From Desulfobacteraceae bacterium (GTDB taxonomy: Bacteria; Desulfobacterota; Desulfobacteria; Desulfobacterales; UBA11574): a DNA stretch of 60,204 nucleotides. Shown piece after piece: positions 1 through 9,631 of the stretch. The stretch covers positions 1-60,204 of the forward strand of contig JAUVVL010000001.1 of assembly GCA_030604635.1 (NCBI GenBank), read 5' to 3'. A program made the translations under genes and the position numbers. Every line of letters starts with the position of its first letter. The first letter of the stretch is position 1. The notes beneath the pieces are model-generated. The model saw nothing but the letters and a program-made list of their open reading frames with translations. It ran no database searches and had not been told where the DNA came from.

Positions 1-147
1 ATGCCATTTTTAATAAGAGGCACGTTAAAATTGACAAGAAACCCAAATAGATTCTTCTCTTTTTGATAAAGATTAATAATTCATACCTCTTCTTTGTGAC
101 TTAGTGACTTAGTGGCTGAACTGTTACTGAATAGTGTTAATTCCCCA

Positions 148-2577
148 TCACATATCTAATTTATAAAACTGTTCCGGCTCTGCCATCAAATCCGGCTTCT
201 TGGTATATTCGGTTGGGACGGTTCCTTCCTTGAAGCATTCAAAGATGGTCTTTTCAGACTCGGCAATAGGCAGAAGACCGGTTTCAGCATCGATTTTAGC
301 AAAGACAACTCCTTCGGGCACCTGAAAAACCCTTACAGGTTTATCTGCCAGGACTCTTTGCATGAAGCCGAGCCATATGGGGGCTGCGGCCCTGGAGCCG
401 GTTTCGGATATTCCCAGAGAACTATCATCATCAAAACCGACCCATGTTCCGGTTGTATAACGGGGTGTATACCCGGCAAACCAGGCATCAAAAAGATTGT
501 TGGTTGTGCCGGTCTTGCCCGCCACCGGCCGGTTCAATGCTCTGACTCTGTGCCCGGTCCCATGTTTAACCACACCTTCTAAAAGGCTGGTCATAATATA
601 GGCCGCATTCTGTTCTATTACCTTTTCTCTGACAGGATGTGCTTCCTCGAGCACGTTTCCATCCCGGTCGACGATTTTTGTTATAATGACAGGCTGCACG
701 AGATAGCCAAGGTTGTTAAAAACTGAATAAGCCCTGACAAGCTCAAGCAGGGATATACCTGATGATCCCAGGGCGATTGAAAGATCCCTGCTCAAATTTG
801 ACGTTATACCCAGTTTCCTTGCATAATCAATGGCATAATCAATGCCGATATCTCTTAAAATCTTTATGGTTACCACGTTCCGCGACTTTGTAAGGGCATT
901 GCGAAAAAGAGTGGGGCCGTAAAATTTTTCCCCGTAATTCCTGGGCTTCCAGGTATAGTCATGTTCCATATCATCAAGCACAATAGGGGAATCGATGATC
1001 GTCGTAACCGGTGTATATCCCTTGTCGAGTGCGGCTGCGTATATTATCGGCTTAAAAGCAGAGCCAGGCTGGCGTCTCGACTGGACGGCCCTGTTGAACT
1101 GACTTTCCCTGAAATCCCTTCCCCCTACCATTACCTTTACATGACCTGTTTCCGACTCGATACACAGCAAGGCAGCCTGCGCCTTCGGGATCTGTTCCAG
1201 GGCAAGTTCCCATAAATATGTATCGGCTATTTTACCTTTAACTTTTACCAGTATAACATCACCAATGCTTAAAACTTCTCCGGGATGATTAACTTTGGTT
1301 TCGTAGAAGGGAACTTCCGGATCCGGTTCTCTTGCCCAGCTCATATCGTCAATTTTGATTATTCCCAGAGTATTGCCCATGCGAACAGTTACCGTATTTT
1401 CGTTGTCATTAACTTCAATAACAACAACTTCTAAGGTCTTTCCTTCTTCCTGCGGGTTTATATTAAGCTCTTCTTGAAGCTCTTTGGAATATGCTTCAAT
1501 TTCTTCTGGTTCAAGGTGGTTTGTCGGACCGCGATAACCCTGGCGTTTATCAAGCTCAAACAACCCCTTTTTAATTTCTTCCCGAGCTATCTTTTGCATT
1601 TCAATGTTAACCGCGGAATAAATATTGAGCCCTTCCTTGTACAAGACATCCGGCCCGTATTTATTCTCAACATAACGTCTGATGTGCTCAGTATAAACCG
1701 GGACCTCTTCAATATACCAGTTGCGCCTCGGTTGTATATAAAGCACCTTATTTATGGTTTCTGAAGCTTGAATATCGGTGATATAGCCTTCGGAAACCAT
1801 CCGGTTTAAAACGTAAATCTGGCGTTCCTTTGCCTTTTCAGGATTTCTGAAAGGCGAATATCTGCTGGGAGCCTGGGGCAGACCAGCCAAAACAGCACAT
1901 TCCGCGAGGTTCAGTTCTTGAGCAGATTTTCCGAAATAATTCTCGGAAGCAGCTTCCACACCATATGCTCCGTGTCCCAAATAAATCTGATTTAAATATA
2001 AAAATAGAATTTCATCCTTGGCAAACTTCTTGTCAATGCGGTATGCGAGGATAGCCTCTTTCATTTTGCGGAGATAGCTTTTTTCCGGAGTCAAAAAAAA
2101 CGACTTTGTAACCTGCTGGGTGATCGTGCTGCCGCCCTGGACGATGGCACCGGCCTCGATATTCTTGTAAAACGCCCTGATAATGCTAAGAATATCTATC
2201 CCCTTGTGTTTATAAAATCTTGCATCCTCAGCGGCAATAAAAGCCTTCTGAAGCATTATGGGCATTTTATCTAAGGGGATCACAATTCTCCGTTCTTTAT
2301 AAAACTCGGCGATCTTACTATTGTCGTCTGAATAGACCGTTGTGATTATTGGCGGCCGGTAATCCTTAAGCGAGGATATTTTGGGAAGATTTATGCTGAG
2401 ATAGAAATAAACTCCGATAACCGTAAGAATTCCGGATATCATCATAAAAACAAGCGTCCAAATAAACAACCTGAAAATTTTTATTAAAAAACCACCTTGG
2501 TTTCGCCTGGCGCGCTTTTCGTGTATCTGAGATGAACTGTTGATTTTAGGCATAACACCTATACGAGACCTTTGCAA
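148..2577 (-). CDS. mrcA: Class A penicillin-binding protein 1A (glycosyltransferase + transpeptidase)
   Basis: 809-aa ORF with an N-terminal TM helix. GT51 motifs EDARFYKHKGID, GGSTITQQ and RKMKE. Transpeptidase motifs SAFK (SxxK), SRN and KTGT. Confidence 0.93.
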   Translation of the reverse strand: MQRSRIGVMPKINSSSQIHEKRARRNQGGFLIKIFRLFIWTLVFMMISGILTVIGVYFYLSINLPKISSLKDYRPPIITTVYSDDNSKIAEFYKERRIVIPLDKMPIMLQKAFIAAEDARFYKHKGIDILSIIRAFYKNIEAGAIVQGGSTITQQVTKSFFLTPEKSYLRKMKEAILAYRIDKKFAKDEILFLYLNQIYLGHGAYGVEAASENYFGKSAQELNLAECAVLAGLPQAPSRYSPFRNPEKAKERQIYVLNRMVSEGYITDIQASETINKVLYIQPRRNWYIEEVPVYTEHIRRYVENKYGPDVLYKEGLNIYSAVNIEMQKIAREEIKKGLFELDKRQGYRGPTNHLEPEEIEAYSKELQEELNINPQEEGKTLEVVVIEVNDNENTVTVRMGNTLGIIKIDDMSWAREPDPEVPFYETKVNHPGEVLSIGDVILVKVKGKIADTYLWELALEQIPKAQAALLCIESETGHVKVMVGGRDFRESQFNRAVQSRRQPGSAFKPIIYAAALDKGYTPVTTIIDSPIVLDDMEHDYTWKPRNYGEKFYGPTLFRNALTKSRNVVTIKILRDIGIDYAIDYARKLGITSNLSRDLSIALGSSGISLLELVRAYSVFNNLGYLVQPVIITKIVDRDGNVLEEAHPVREKVIEQNAAYIMTSLLEGVVKHGTGHRVRALNRPVAGKTGTTNNLFDAWFAGYTPRYTTGTWVGFDDDSSLGISETGSRAAAPIWLGFMQRVLADKPVRVFQVPEGVVFAKIDAETGLLPIAESEKTIFECFKEGTVPTEYTKKPDLMAEPEQFYKLDM

Positions 2578-2859
2578 AACGCCCCCTTTTGCCCAATTTC
2601 TGTGTCAGGCTCAAATTTTAATCCTCAAAATACTCAATGTATTCCTGTGGTTAAAATTTTCGCCTTCCTTGAACTTGAATCCCGCTTTAGCGGGAAGCAT
2701 TTTTCAAAGGTCTCTATACCTTTATTTAAACTTAGAAAATCTGGTCCTTTGGGCCCAGTGTCAAGATTATAAAATATAATATTTTATCAAATATCGATTC
2801 TTTAAGCAAGGCATTCTGTTAACATAAAAAAAAGAATTTGACTTTGTTCCCTATTCTGG

Positions 2860-2895
2860 TTATCCAAAAAAGCTTTTATGAACTTTTTTGGATAA
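2860..2895 (+). promoter_or_regulatory. Perfect 12-bp inverted repeat (TTATCCAAAAAA-N12-TTTTTTGGATAA) directly upstream of hisI. Candidate operator or leader hairpin.
   Basis: Read directly from the sequence. A TTGACT -35-like hexamer lies at 2838-2843, 17 nt before TATCCA, which overlaps the left arm. Confidence 0.4.
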
Positions 2896-2907
2896 AGAGT
2901 GTATATT

Positions 2908-3285
2908 ATGATCAAACTTGATTTTAGTAAGATGGACGGCCTGATACCGGCCATTGTTCAGGATTATCAAACCGGTGATGTATTAATGCTGGCATTTATG
3001 AATCAGGACGCCTGGGAGGCAACGCTTGCTACAGGCAAGGCAACGTATTACAGTCGCACCAGGCAAACTATCTGGGTAAAGGGCAAAACTTCCGGCAATG
3101 AACAACTCGTAAAAGAGGTCAGGATAGATTGTGATGATGATACTGTACTGTTGAAGGTTGAACAGATCGGCGGTGCGGCGTGTCACACAGGACACAAAAG
3201 CTGTTTTTTTAAAAAAGTTGAAGATGGGTCTGCCAGGATTATAGGAAAGCCGGTATTCGACCCTGAGGAGATATATAATCAATGA
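2908..3285 (+). CDS. hisI: Phosphoribosyl-AMP cyclohydrolase
   Basis: HisI-like sequence ([58 protein letters not shown]). ATG at 2908 follows AAGAG. GTG at 2899 is an alternative start. Confidence 0.9.
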   Translation: MIKLDFSKMDGLIPAIVQDYQTGDVLMLAFMNQDAWEATLATGKATYYSRTRQTIWVKGKTSGNEQLVKEVRIDCDDDTVLLKVEQIGGAACHTGHKSCFFKKVEDGSARIIGKPVFDPEEIYNQ

Positions 3286-4157
3286 CAAAACAATTAAAAC
3301 TTGGGATTCCCAAGGGAAGCCTTCAAAACGCAACCATAGACCTGTTCAAGCGCTCCGGATGGAAGATTAATATTAACGGCAGAAGCTATTTTCCCGAAAT
3401 CAACGATGATACTATTGAATGCGCAATCTGCAGGGCTCAGGAAATGTCCCGCAATGTAGAAAACGGTACATTTGATGCCGGGCTTACCGGTAAGGACTGG
3501 ATCGCTGAAAACAAATCTGACGTGCATGTTGTCGCTGACCTTGTCTATTCCAAAGTGAGCGCACGGCCTGCACGATGGGTCCTGGCGGTTTCATACGACT
3601 CGCCGATCAAGAAAATCGAGGATCTTGAGGGCAAAAAGATAGCAACCGAACTTGTCGAATTTACAAAAAATTATTTTTCCAAGCTGAACATTAATGTAAA
3701 GGTTGAGTTTTCATGGGGCGCCACCGAAGCAAAGGTCGTTACCGGGCTTGCCGATGCCATCGTGGAGGTTACCGAGACCGAAAGCACCATCAAGGCCCAT
3801 GGTCTTAGAATCATCCATGAATTGATGCAGACCAACACCCAGCTTATCGCAAACCATGACGCCTGGAAGGATCCGGATAAAAGAGAAAAACTTGAACAGA
3901 TAGCGCTTTTACTTAAAGGCGCTCTGTTGGGTGAAAAACTCGTGGGCCTTAAAATGAATGTTCCGGATAGACTCCTTAAAAAGGTCGTATCATTGCTGCC
4001 GAGTCTCAATGCTCCCACGGTTGCATCCCTTTACGATTCAAACTGGTTTGCGGTGGAAACGGTTGTAGATTCCAGTATTGTAAGGGATCTTATTCCCAAA
4101 CTTATGAAAAGTGGTGCTGAAGGTATTATTGAATATCCGTTGAATAAAGTTGTTTAG
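3282..4157 (+). CDS. hisG: ATP phosphoribosyltransferase, long form
   Basis: 291 aa. N-terminus [10 protein letters not shown], with a C-terminal regulatory-domain-length extension. 4-nt overlap with hisI. Confidence 0.9.
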   Translation: MTKQLKLGIPKGSLQNATIDLFKRSGWKININGRSYFPEINDDTIECAICRAQEMSRNVENGTFDAGLTGKDWIAENKSDVHVVADLVYSKVSARPARWVLAVSYDSPIKKIEDLEGKKIATELVEFTKNYFSKLNINVKVEFSWGATEAKVVTGLADAIVEVTETESTIKAHGLRIIHELMQTNTQLIANHDAWKDPDKREKLEQIALLLKGALLGEKLVGLKMNVPDRLLKKVVSLLPSLNAPTVASLYDSNWFAVETVVDSSIVRDLIPKLMKSGAEGIIEYPLNKVV

Positions 4158-4247
4158 TCTCCATTTAAGTAACTTCTCAATACGTTCTTGGGGATTAGAT
4201 GATAAAAGACTCGCCCACTGATAATAAAATGTAAAATAGGTAGAGAA

Positions 4248-5408
4248 ATGATTTCAAATCGAACCAAAGAAATGACCCCTTTTATCGTAATGGACGTCCT
4301 TGAAAGGGCCCATGAAATGGAACGTCAAGGGGTCCATATCATCCACATGGAAGTAGGGGAGCCGGATTTTGACACTCCACAGTGCATCAAGGAGGCTGCC
4401 TGCAAGGCCCTTGATAACGGTCATACCCATTACACACACAGTCTGGGAATGATAGAGCTCAGGGAAGCCATCAGCGAGCATTATTTAAAGACATACCGTG
4501 TATCGGTGGATCCTGATCATGTAGTAATATCGTCAGGTACGTCTCCTGCCATGTTTGTCATGTTTTCAACTCTTCTGGAAAAAGGAGACCAGGTCATTAT
4601 CTCAGACCCCCATTATGCATGCTATCCCAACTTTATAAAGTTCGTGCAGGGCGAACCGGTAAACATACCTGTTTATGAGGAAGACGGCTTTCAATACCGC
4701 CCAGAGACTATTCAGGAAAAGATAACGGACAAAACCAAGGCGATAGTCATAAACTCCCCGTCAAATCCAACCGGGAACCTGCTTTCAAAAGATCGTATGA
4801 AGGCTATTGCTGCCCTATCTTCAGAACCGGATTCGCCATATATTATTTCAGATGAAATTTATCATGGCCTGGTTTATGAGGGAAAAGAACACTCTATTCT
4901 GGAATTTACAGACAAGGCCTTTGTATTCAACGGCTTTTCAAAACTTTATGCCATGACAGGCTTAAGGCTTGGTTACATGATCGCACCAAAAGACTTCATC
5001 AGGCCCATACAAAAGGTTCAACAAAACTTTTTTATTTCTGCCAATGCCATGGTTCAGGTAGCAGGAATTGTCGCTCTTAAGGAATCAGGTGATGATGTAA
5101 CCCGCATGAAGAAGACCTATAATGAGCGAAGGAAATATATGATCCGTCGTCTTAAAGATATGGGCCTCGGGATTACCGTAGAACCTACAGGAGCGTTTTA
5201 TGTCTTTGCAAATGCAAAACATATTTCCAATGATTCGTATAAACTTGCCTTTGACATTTTGGAAAAGGCCCACGTGGGTGTGACACCCGGCATCGATTTT
5301 GGGAAAAACGGCGAAGGATACCTTCGATTTTCATATGCAACTTCTATGGAAAATATAGCCGAAGGGATGGACCGGTTGGAGAACTACTTGCTTAAAACGC
5401 CACTTTAA
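4248..5408 (+). CDS. Class I/II pyridoxal-phosphate aminotransferase (aspartate/aromatic type)
   Basis: 386 aa. Motifs NSPSNPTG and FSKLYAMTGLRLGY (PLP-lysine region), with C-terminal YLRFSY. Confidence 0.85.
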   Translation: MISNRTKEMTPFIVMDVLERAHEMERQGVHIIHMEVGEPDFDTPQCIKEAACKALDNGHTHYTHSLGMIELREAISEHYLKTYRVSVDPDHVVISSGTSPAMFVMFSTLLEKGDQVIISDPHYACYPNFIKFVQGEPVNIPVYEEDGFQYRPETIQEKITDKTKAIVINSPSNPTGNLLSKDRMKAIAALSSEPDSPYIISDEIYHGLVYEGKEHSILEFTDKAFVFNGFSKLYAMTGLRLGYMIAPKDFIRPIQKVQQNFFISANAMVQVAGIVALKESGDDVTRMKKTYNERRKYMIRRLKDMGLGITVEPTGAFYVFANAKHISNDSYKLAFDILEKAHVGVTPGIDFGKNGEGYLRFSYATSMENIAEGMDRLENYLLKTPL

Positions 5409-5519
5409 GCCAAAAAAAATAGCCAAGCTTCACGACCTTTTATTGTAATATCAAACCATTGCCTTGGACCGAACCCAGACACAAAACAACTTATTTTTTA
5501 AGGGATGCCCCCTTACTAA

Positions 5520-6299
5520 TCACAGTTTCTCGTATTGACGTTTAACCTCGTCAGTCCCGTAGACCCTCTCAAGCCTGCGTATAATAAAGTGACCCCGGGC
5601 CATGTCTTGAAAATGATCTATAAAAATCGTGTTTATCAATGCACCTCCTGCTGCTCCAATCAGAGGAACGGCCTGTGCAGCAATTTTCTCGGAAACGTTT
5701 ACTCCAAAACGGGATGCAATTGTGTTAATGAACCTTGCAATTGCCGGAGCACCTTTCTCGGCCACCCCTTTTTTCGCTATGTATTTGGCGACCTCGGAAA
5801 CCTCGCGGGCAAAAGCAGCCCGAATGACAAAATACCCGGTCTCCGTTGAATCGTCTCCGGGTGATTTTCCTCCAAGGGCAAAAACCTCCAGGCAAGCCAA
5901 CTTTGCTTCGAGCGTTTTGATCTTTTCACCTTCGCTCCGCGCGATATCGGCAATGGAACGGAGCATGATGATTGTTGAGACAGGCAACTCCACCGTAAGT
6001 GCTGGAAGACCAAATGCGCCACCTACTGCACCGGAAGTTGCAGCAAGCATTTTGTGCAAAAAACTCCAAGAAGATGCCCTTGGCCGATCATCCATGGTCA
6101 TGACCGCAAATTCCAGTGCCTTGCGCAATGATTCTTTTGTAGTCTGCTGAACCATCTCTGACCATTTGACGGGCAGAAGCTCAAACCCTTTATCAATAGC
6201 TGTTCCCAATGCATCGGTGATTCTTGCAGCCAGCCCCGGGTTTTCTAAAAGTTCTTTTGCATATTTCAGATCCTCAAATTCGTTTTGTGACATGGGCAT
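5520..6299 (-). CDS. EcsC family protein
   Basis: 259 aa. N-terminal LENPGLAARITDALGTAIDKGFELLP and the overall layout resemble the EcsC family. Recognised from memory only. Confidence 0.6.
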   Translation of the reverse strand: MPMSQNEFEDLKYAKELLENPGLAARITDALGTAIDKGFELLPVKWSEMVQQTTKESLRKALEFAVMTMDDRPRASSWSFLHKMLAATSGAVGGAFGLPALTVELPVSTIIMLRSIADIARSEGEKIKTLEAKLACLEVFALGGKSPGDDSTETGYFVIRAAFAREVSEVAKYIAKKGVAEKGAPAIARFINTIASRFGVNVSEKIAAQAVPLIGAAGGALINTIFIDHFQDMARGHFIIRRLERVYGTDEVKRQYEKL

Positions 6300-6322
6300 T
6301 TTGCTTGGCTCTCCTTCGGGTT

Positions 6323-7463
6323 CCGGGACGATGGTGAAATATTGACATTTAATCCTTATTTACGACGCTGCCAACTCTCAGGCAAGCTTTTATGATATGA
6401 TTTTTAAAATTTCCTTCCAAATTAATTCGCTATGATTATCAGAGCGCCCTCGTATTACCGCTTTACTTACGGCAGATGGTGATATGCTAAGCACCCTGGC
6501 CACTTCCCTGCCGCCAATGCTGAGCTTTTCAACGGCCAAAAAACAAGCGATTGACCTGGCCTTGCTCATTTTGCGATGTTTTCCGGCACCTTTGATAAAT
6601 TCCGGCTTAATATCAAAATACTTAGAAACCTCTTTTACGACAAAATCTATATCCAAGCCTTTTGCTATTGCCAACGTTTTACCTTCGTAATCTTCATTGG
6701 CTTGCTTTAAAACCGCCGCTACAAAGTCACTGCTACCAAGAATCCGTTCGTCACCCATGATGCGGGAGGCTTTGGATCGCAGCGCCTTTAGGGCGGACCA
6801 ACCCCCGACTGATCGAATCAAACCACCGCCTGTCAAATCCGGTCTCCGGCCCAGGTCTATACCTTTTGCGACAAAAGCCGCATACGATCTCCTGGCGTAT
6901 CCTACTTTCTTACCAAACATTTTAAGAATATAATCAACATGCTGCCAGTCGTTCTTAAGCTCGCCCATTATTACACTGTGGCCACTATACGGATACGTCT
7001 TTAATGCTTTAAGATCTTTTACAATTCCTGCTCGAAGGGGATTAAGATGGATATAGCGGACAAGTTCCAGAAGATAGGGTTCCTGTTCACATAAAATGGA
7101 TTTAAAGCGGTTCTGAAACAATTGGCCATGGCGTCTGTGACGTCGATTAAACTGCTGTGCATAACCCGTCAACAAGCGACGCATTACCGTAGAAAGAGGA
7201 ACATAACCTGTCCTGAGCAAAATGTGTGTGTGGTTGGTCATAAGAGCCCAGGCGAAACATGGTGTTTTTGTTTCCGTCAATACGTTTTTCAATCTGTTTA
7301 AAAAATTTGAATAATCCTGTGAGTCCTTAAAAATGACCATACGTTCGATACCGCGTATAATGATGTGATGCAGGGCTCCAGGCGCATCTATGCGAGCTTT
7401 CCTTGGCATGCTATTCTTATGACACACACTTCTTTAAATGTCAATATTTCACCATCGTCCCGG
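6323..7463 (-). mobile_element. RAYT/IS200-like unit: one HUH transposase gene flanked by perfect 30-bp inverted repeats
   Basis: CCGGGACGATGGTGAAATATTGACATTTAA at 6323-6352. Its exact reverse complement lies at 7434-7463. Confidence 0.75.
6390..7427 (-). CDS. IS200/IS605-family Y1 (HUH) transposase-like protein, RAYT-like, with a C-terminal DnaA-domain-IV-like HTH
   Basis: 345 aa. Motifs ALHHIIIRG, NHTHILL and YIHLNPLRAGIV. C-terminus is SKARSIACFLAVEKLSIGGREVARVLSISPSAVSKAV. Confidence 0.8.
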   Translation of the reverse strand: MCHKNSMPRKARIDAPGALHHIIIRGIERMVIFKDSQDYSNFLNRLKNVLTETKTPCFAWALMTNHTHILLRTGYVPLSTVMRRLLTGYAQQFNRRHRRHGQLFQNRFKSILCEQEPYLLELVRYIHLNPLRAGIVKDLKALKTYPYSGHSVIMGELKNDWQHVDYILKMFGKKVGYARRSYAAFVAKGIDLGRRPDLTGGGLIRSVGGWSALKALRSKASRIMGDERILGSSDFVAAVLKQANEDYEGKTLAIAKGLDIDFVVKEVSKYFDIKPEFIKGAGKHRKMSKARSIACFLAVEKLSIGGREVARVLSISPSAVSKAVIRGRSDNHSELIWKEILKIIS

Positions 7464-7578
7464 ATATTACGAAAAATCAAACTTGTTATAATTGCACTTC
7501 CGGATATTTATGTCCAGGGTGTGGTCGGACAAGTTCAGTCTTTTAATCACTTTTTGTTTTTTCGTTTTCTTTGCCATC

Positions 7579-8001
7579 TCAATTCACTTTGATATTTTCC
7601 CGGCCGCCGTACTCATTCTCCCTCTCCCCTCGGGGAGAGGGCCGGGGTGAGGGGGTAACATTCCTATCCAAAGACGAAAGAACAACGGACAAAACAGACT
7701 CTGTTTCTGTCAAAACTTCATTGTTCCAAAAGCGCAAGACTCTGTATCCTTTATCTTCCAAATAACCAGATCGCTTAGCATCTAATTCCAACTGCCCGGC
7801 ATGCTGTCCACCATCGACCTCAACAACAAGTTTTTTCTCTAAACAAACAAAATCAACTATGTAAGAACCTATAGGGCGCTGTCGACGGAATTTATATCCG
7901 CCGAGTTGACGATTACGAAAATATCGCCATAATAGTCTTTCGGCATCAGTCATATTCTTTCTAAGTTTTCTGGCAAGATGCTTAATTGTTTCACCCCTCA
8001 C
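7579..8001 (-). CDS. DUF559 (Vsr-like endonuclease fold) domain protein
   Basis: 140 aa. MTDAERLLWRYFRNRQLGGYKFRRQRPIGSYIVDFVCLEKKLVVEVDGGQH plus GYRVLRFWNNEV. The C-terminal tail PSPRPSPRGERE is encoded by the flanking repeat. Confidence 0.85.
   Translation of the reverse strand: MRGETIKHLARKLRKNMTDAERLLWRYFRNRQLGGYKFRRQRPIGSYIVDFVCLEKKLVVEVDGGQHAGQLELDAKRSGYLEDKGYRVLRFWNNEVLTETESVLSVVLSSLDRNVTPSPRPSPRGERENEYGGRENIKVN
7620..7655. repeat. GC-rich palindromic repeat (CCCTCTCCCCTCGGGGAGAGGG...GGTGAGGGGG). Its inverted partner is at 7992-8018.
   Basis: Read from the sequence. The two copies bracket the DUF559 ORF in inverted orientation, about 22 of 25 matching by eye. Confidence 0.7.
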
Positions 8002-8279
8002 CCTAACCCTCTCCCCTCAAGATAGTTTGACAGGTAAAACAGGTAAACAAAAGTAAACAGAATGTAAGTTGATTTGTCAATATTCTCAAAATGTTATCTT
8101 TCTTTACGTAACGAAAGTAAAAGAAAGTAAAAGGACAGAAACAGGGGGGTACTTTCTGTCAAATGTTACCCAAATGTTACCCAAAATCCCTTAGAGCAAA
8201 AAAAGCGAAAATCAATCTCTGTCACATTTTTTAAAATCTTATAAATAATGTTCTTGACAAGCTTTTTGGTAAATGATAG

Positions 8280-8816
8280 ATGACAATTATGACTAAAATT
8301 ACATCGAAGAAAATAGAGAAGCTGACAGGCCTCAAAAGCAACACCCTTCATTACTATATCAAGTCCGGAGCTCTTGTTCCTGAAGTTGATAAAGGTGAAG
8401 GCACCGGCCACACTAGATTGTTTTCAGTTAAAAATTTCTTAGAAGCCTGCATCATAAAGCGCATGATTGATTTTGGATATTCTAAGCATATTATTCTCAA
8501 ATTTTTTGAAAGTATTGCCAAGTCAGAAGAATGGCAAGATTTTAAAACAGATCAGGCCATAAAAGATCGCATAATATTCCTTATAATTTTTTATCGTTCT
8601 GGCAGTGAAATAGTCCACTGTTTTACTAAATCCAAACCGATAAAATCATTTAAGGATGTATCTGATAAAGATTTTCTTAATGGGTTAAAAAACCCTACCC
8701 TCTCTAGTGAATTTGAGCTAAGTCTTGCAATTAGCGAAACAACAGAAATGTTTTCAATTATTAATATATCGGCCATTATCGGTCATTTTTTTCATATTTT
8801 TGACCCCAAAAAATAA
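8280..8816 (+). CDS. MerR-like HTH protein (island regulator), function unknown
   Basis: 178 aa. N-terminal SKKIEKLTGLKSNTLHYYIKSGALVPEV resembles a MerR-type HTH. Confidence 0.5.
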   Translation: MTIMTKITSKKIEKLTGLKSNTLHYYIKSGALVPEVDKGEGTGHTRLFSVKNFLEACIIKRMIDFGYSKHIILKFFESIAKSEEWQDFKTDQAIKDRIIFLIIFYRSGSEIVHCFTKSKPIKSFKDVSDKDFLNGLKNPTLSSEFELSLAISETTEMFSIINISAIIGHFFHIFDPKK

Positions 8817-8881
8817 GGGTCATTTTTTTTCAACTATATAAGTGATGATTGTCAATTATCAACCAATATGGAGGTTATACA

Positions 8882-9079
8882 ATGAATAGGGCTTTACGAA
8901 TTGCAATTTTGAAGAAATTCGATTCCCAGTCTAATTTTGCAGAATACATCAGGGTGCATGAATCGAAAATTAGTCAAGTCGTTCATGGCCGGCGCTTTCT
9001 TTCTCTCAAAGATCAAAAGTTATGGGCCAAAGCTCTTGAATGCAGGCCTGAAAATATCTTCAAAGATTTGGAGGCTTAA
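8882..9079 (+). CDS. Small XRE/Cro-like HTH protein
   Basis: ATG at 8882 lies 7 nt after GGAGG. SNFAEYIRVHESKISQVVHGRR is HTH-like. Confidence 0.55.
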   Translation: MNRALRIAILKKFDSQSNFAEYIRVHESKISQVVHGRRFLSLKDQKLWAKALECRPENIFKDLEA

Positions 9080-9080
9080 A

Positions 9081-9272
9081 TTGGAGTCGAATCTTCAAAA
9101 AAGGCTTTTGTCGGTCGAAGAGGCGGCGGTTTATTTAGGGATCTCTCCGCGCACCATTTACAACCAGACCGGGCGAAAAGCAAAAAAGAAATTTCCGGTG
9201 AAACCTAAGCGGATCGGCAAGCTTGTAAAATTCGATCTCCGGGATCTGGATCGGTACATTGAATCGCTTTAG
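9081..9272 (+). CDS. Excisionase/AlpA-family HTH protein
   Basis: LLSVEEAAVYLGISPRTIYNQ...KFDLRDLDRYIE. Probable TTG start at 9081. The 5' part of track ORF 8937..9272 overlaps the preceding gene. Confidence 0.6.
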   Translation: MESNLQKRLLSVEEAAVYLGISPRTIYNQTGRKAKKKFPVKPKRIGKLVKFDLRDLDRYIESL

Positions 9273-9423
9273 GGCCTATCTTAATGAGTTTATCTAAGTG
9301 GGCCGCTATTTGGACGGCCGCGGTCATAACCAGTTTGAAATATACGCCCGCGCAACTAATTTTTTAAAGGCTCGGCACTATGAAAGAAAAAATCAAAAAC
9401 CATTTTGAAGGAAATTTTCCCAA

Positions 9424-9621
9424 ATGACGGTCAAAGATAACGCTTATATCCCGCGCAAGCGGCTTTACACGGTACTGGAATCCGCGGAGTATCTCGGACA
9501 TACAGTCTGGGGTATTCGACGGCTTATTTGGGCCAAGGCGCTTCCTATTGTTCAGTATGGCCGCAAGCAATGGATTGACTTGCGGGATCTGGAGAGCTTC
9601 ATTGAAAAGAACAAAAAATAA
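9424..9621 (+). CDS. Excisionase/AlpA-family HTH protein (second copy)
   Basis: LYTVLESAEYLGHTVWGIRRLIWAKALPIVQYGRKQWIDLRDLESFIE. Confidence 0.6.
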   Translation: MTVKDNAYIPRKRLYTVLESAEYLGHTVWGIRRLIWAKALPIVQYGRKQWIDLRDLESFIEKNKK

Positions 9622-9631
9622 TAGGTTATAA

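Noticed and set aside
5629-6150. Long antisense ORFs in the track inside well-supported genes. Examples are 358-582, 961-1215, 5629-6150, 24314-24832, 24586-25029, 25039-25287, 32941-33444, 39603-40193, 41088-41450 and 52210-52743.
   Set aside because: They overlap genes with clear family motifs on the other strand, lack RBS or family signatures, and cluster where GC is high. They are shadow ORFs.
8166-8411. 81-aa minus-strand ORF at the left island border
   Set aside because: It overlaps the att-like repeat, the promoter region and the 5' end of the MerR-like gene. It has no RBS and is a low-complexity translation.
8937-9080. 5' extension of the Xis-like ORF (track ORF 8937-9272)
   Set aside because: The first 48 codons overlap the XRE-like gene in another frame. 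The HTH domain begins after the TTG at 9081, directly after the upstream stop.
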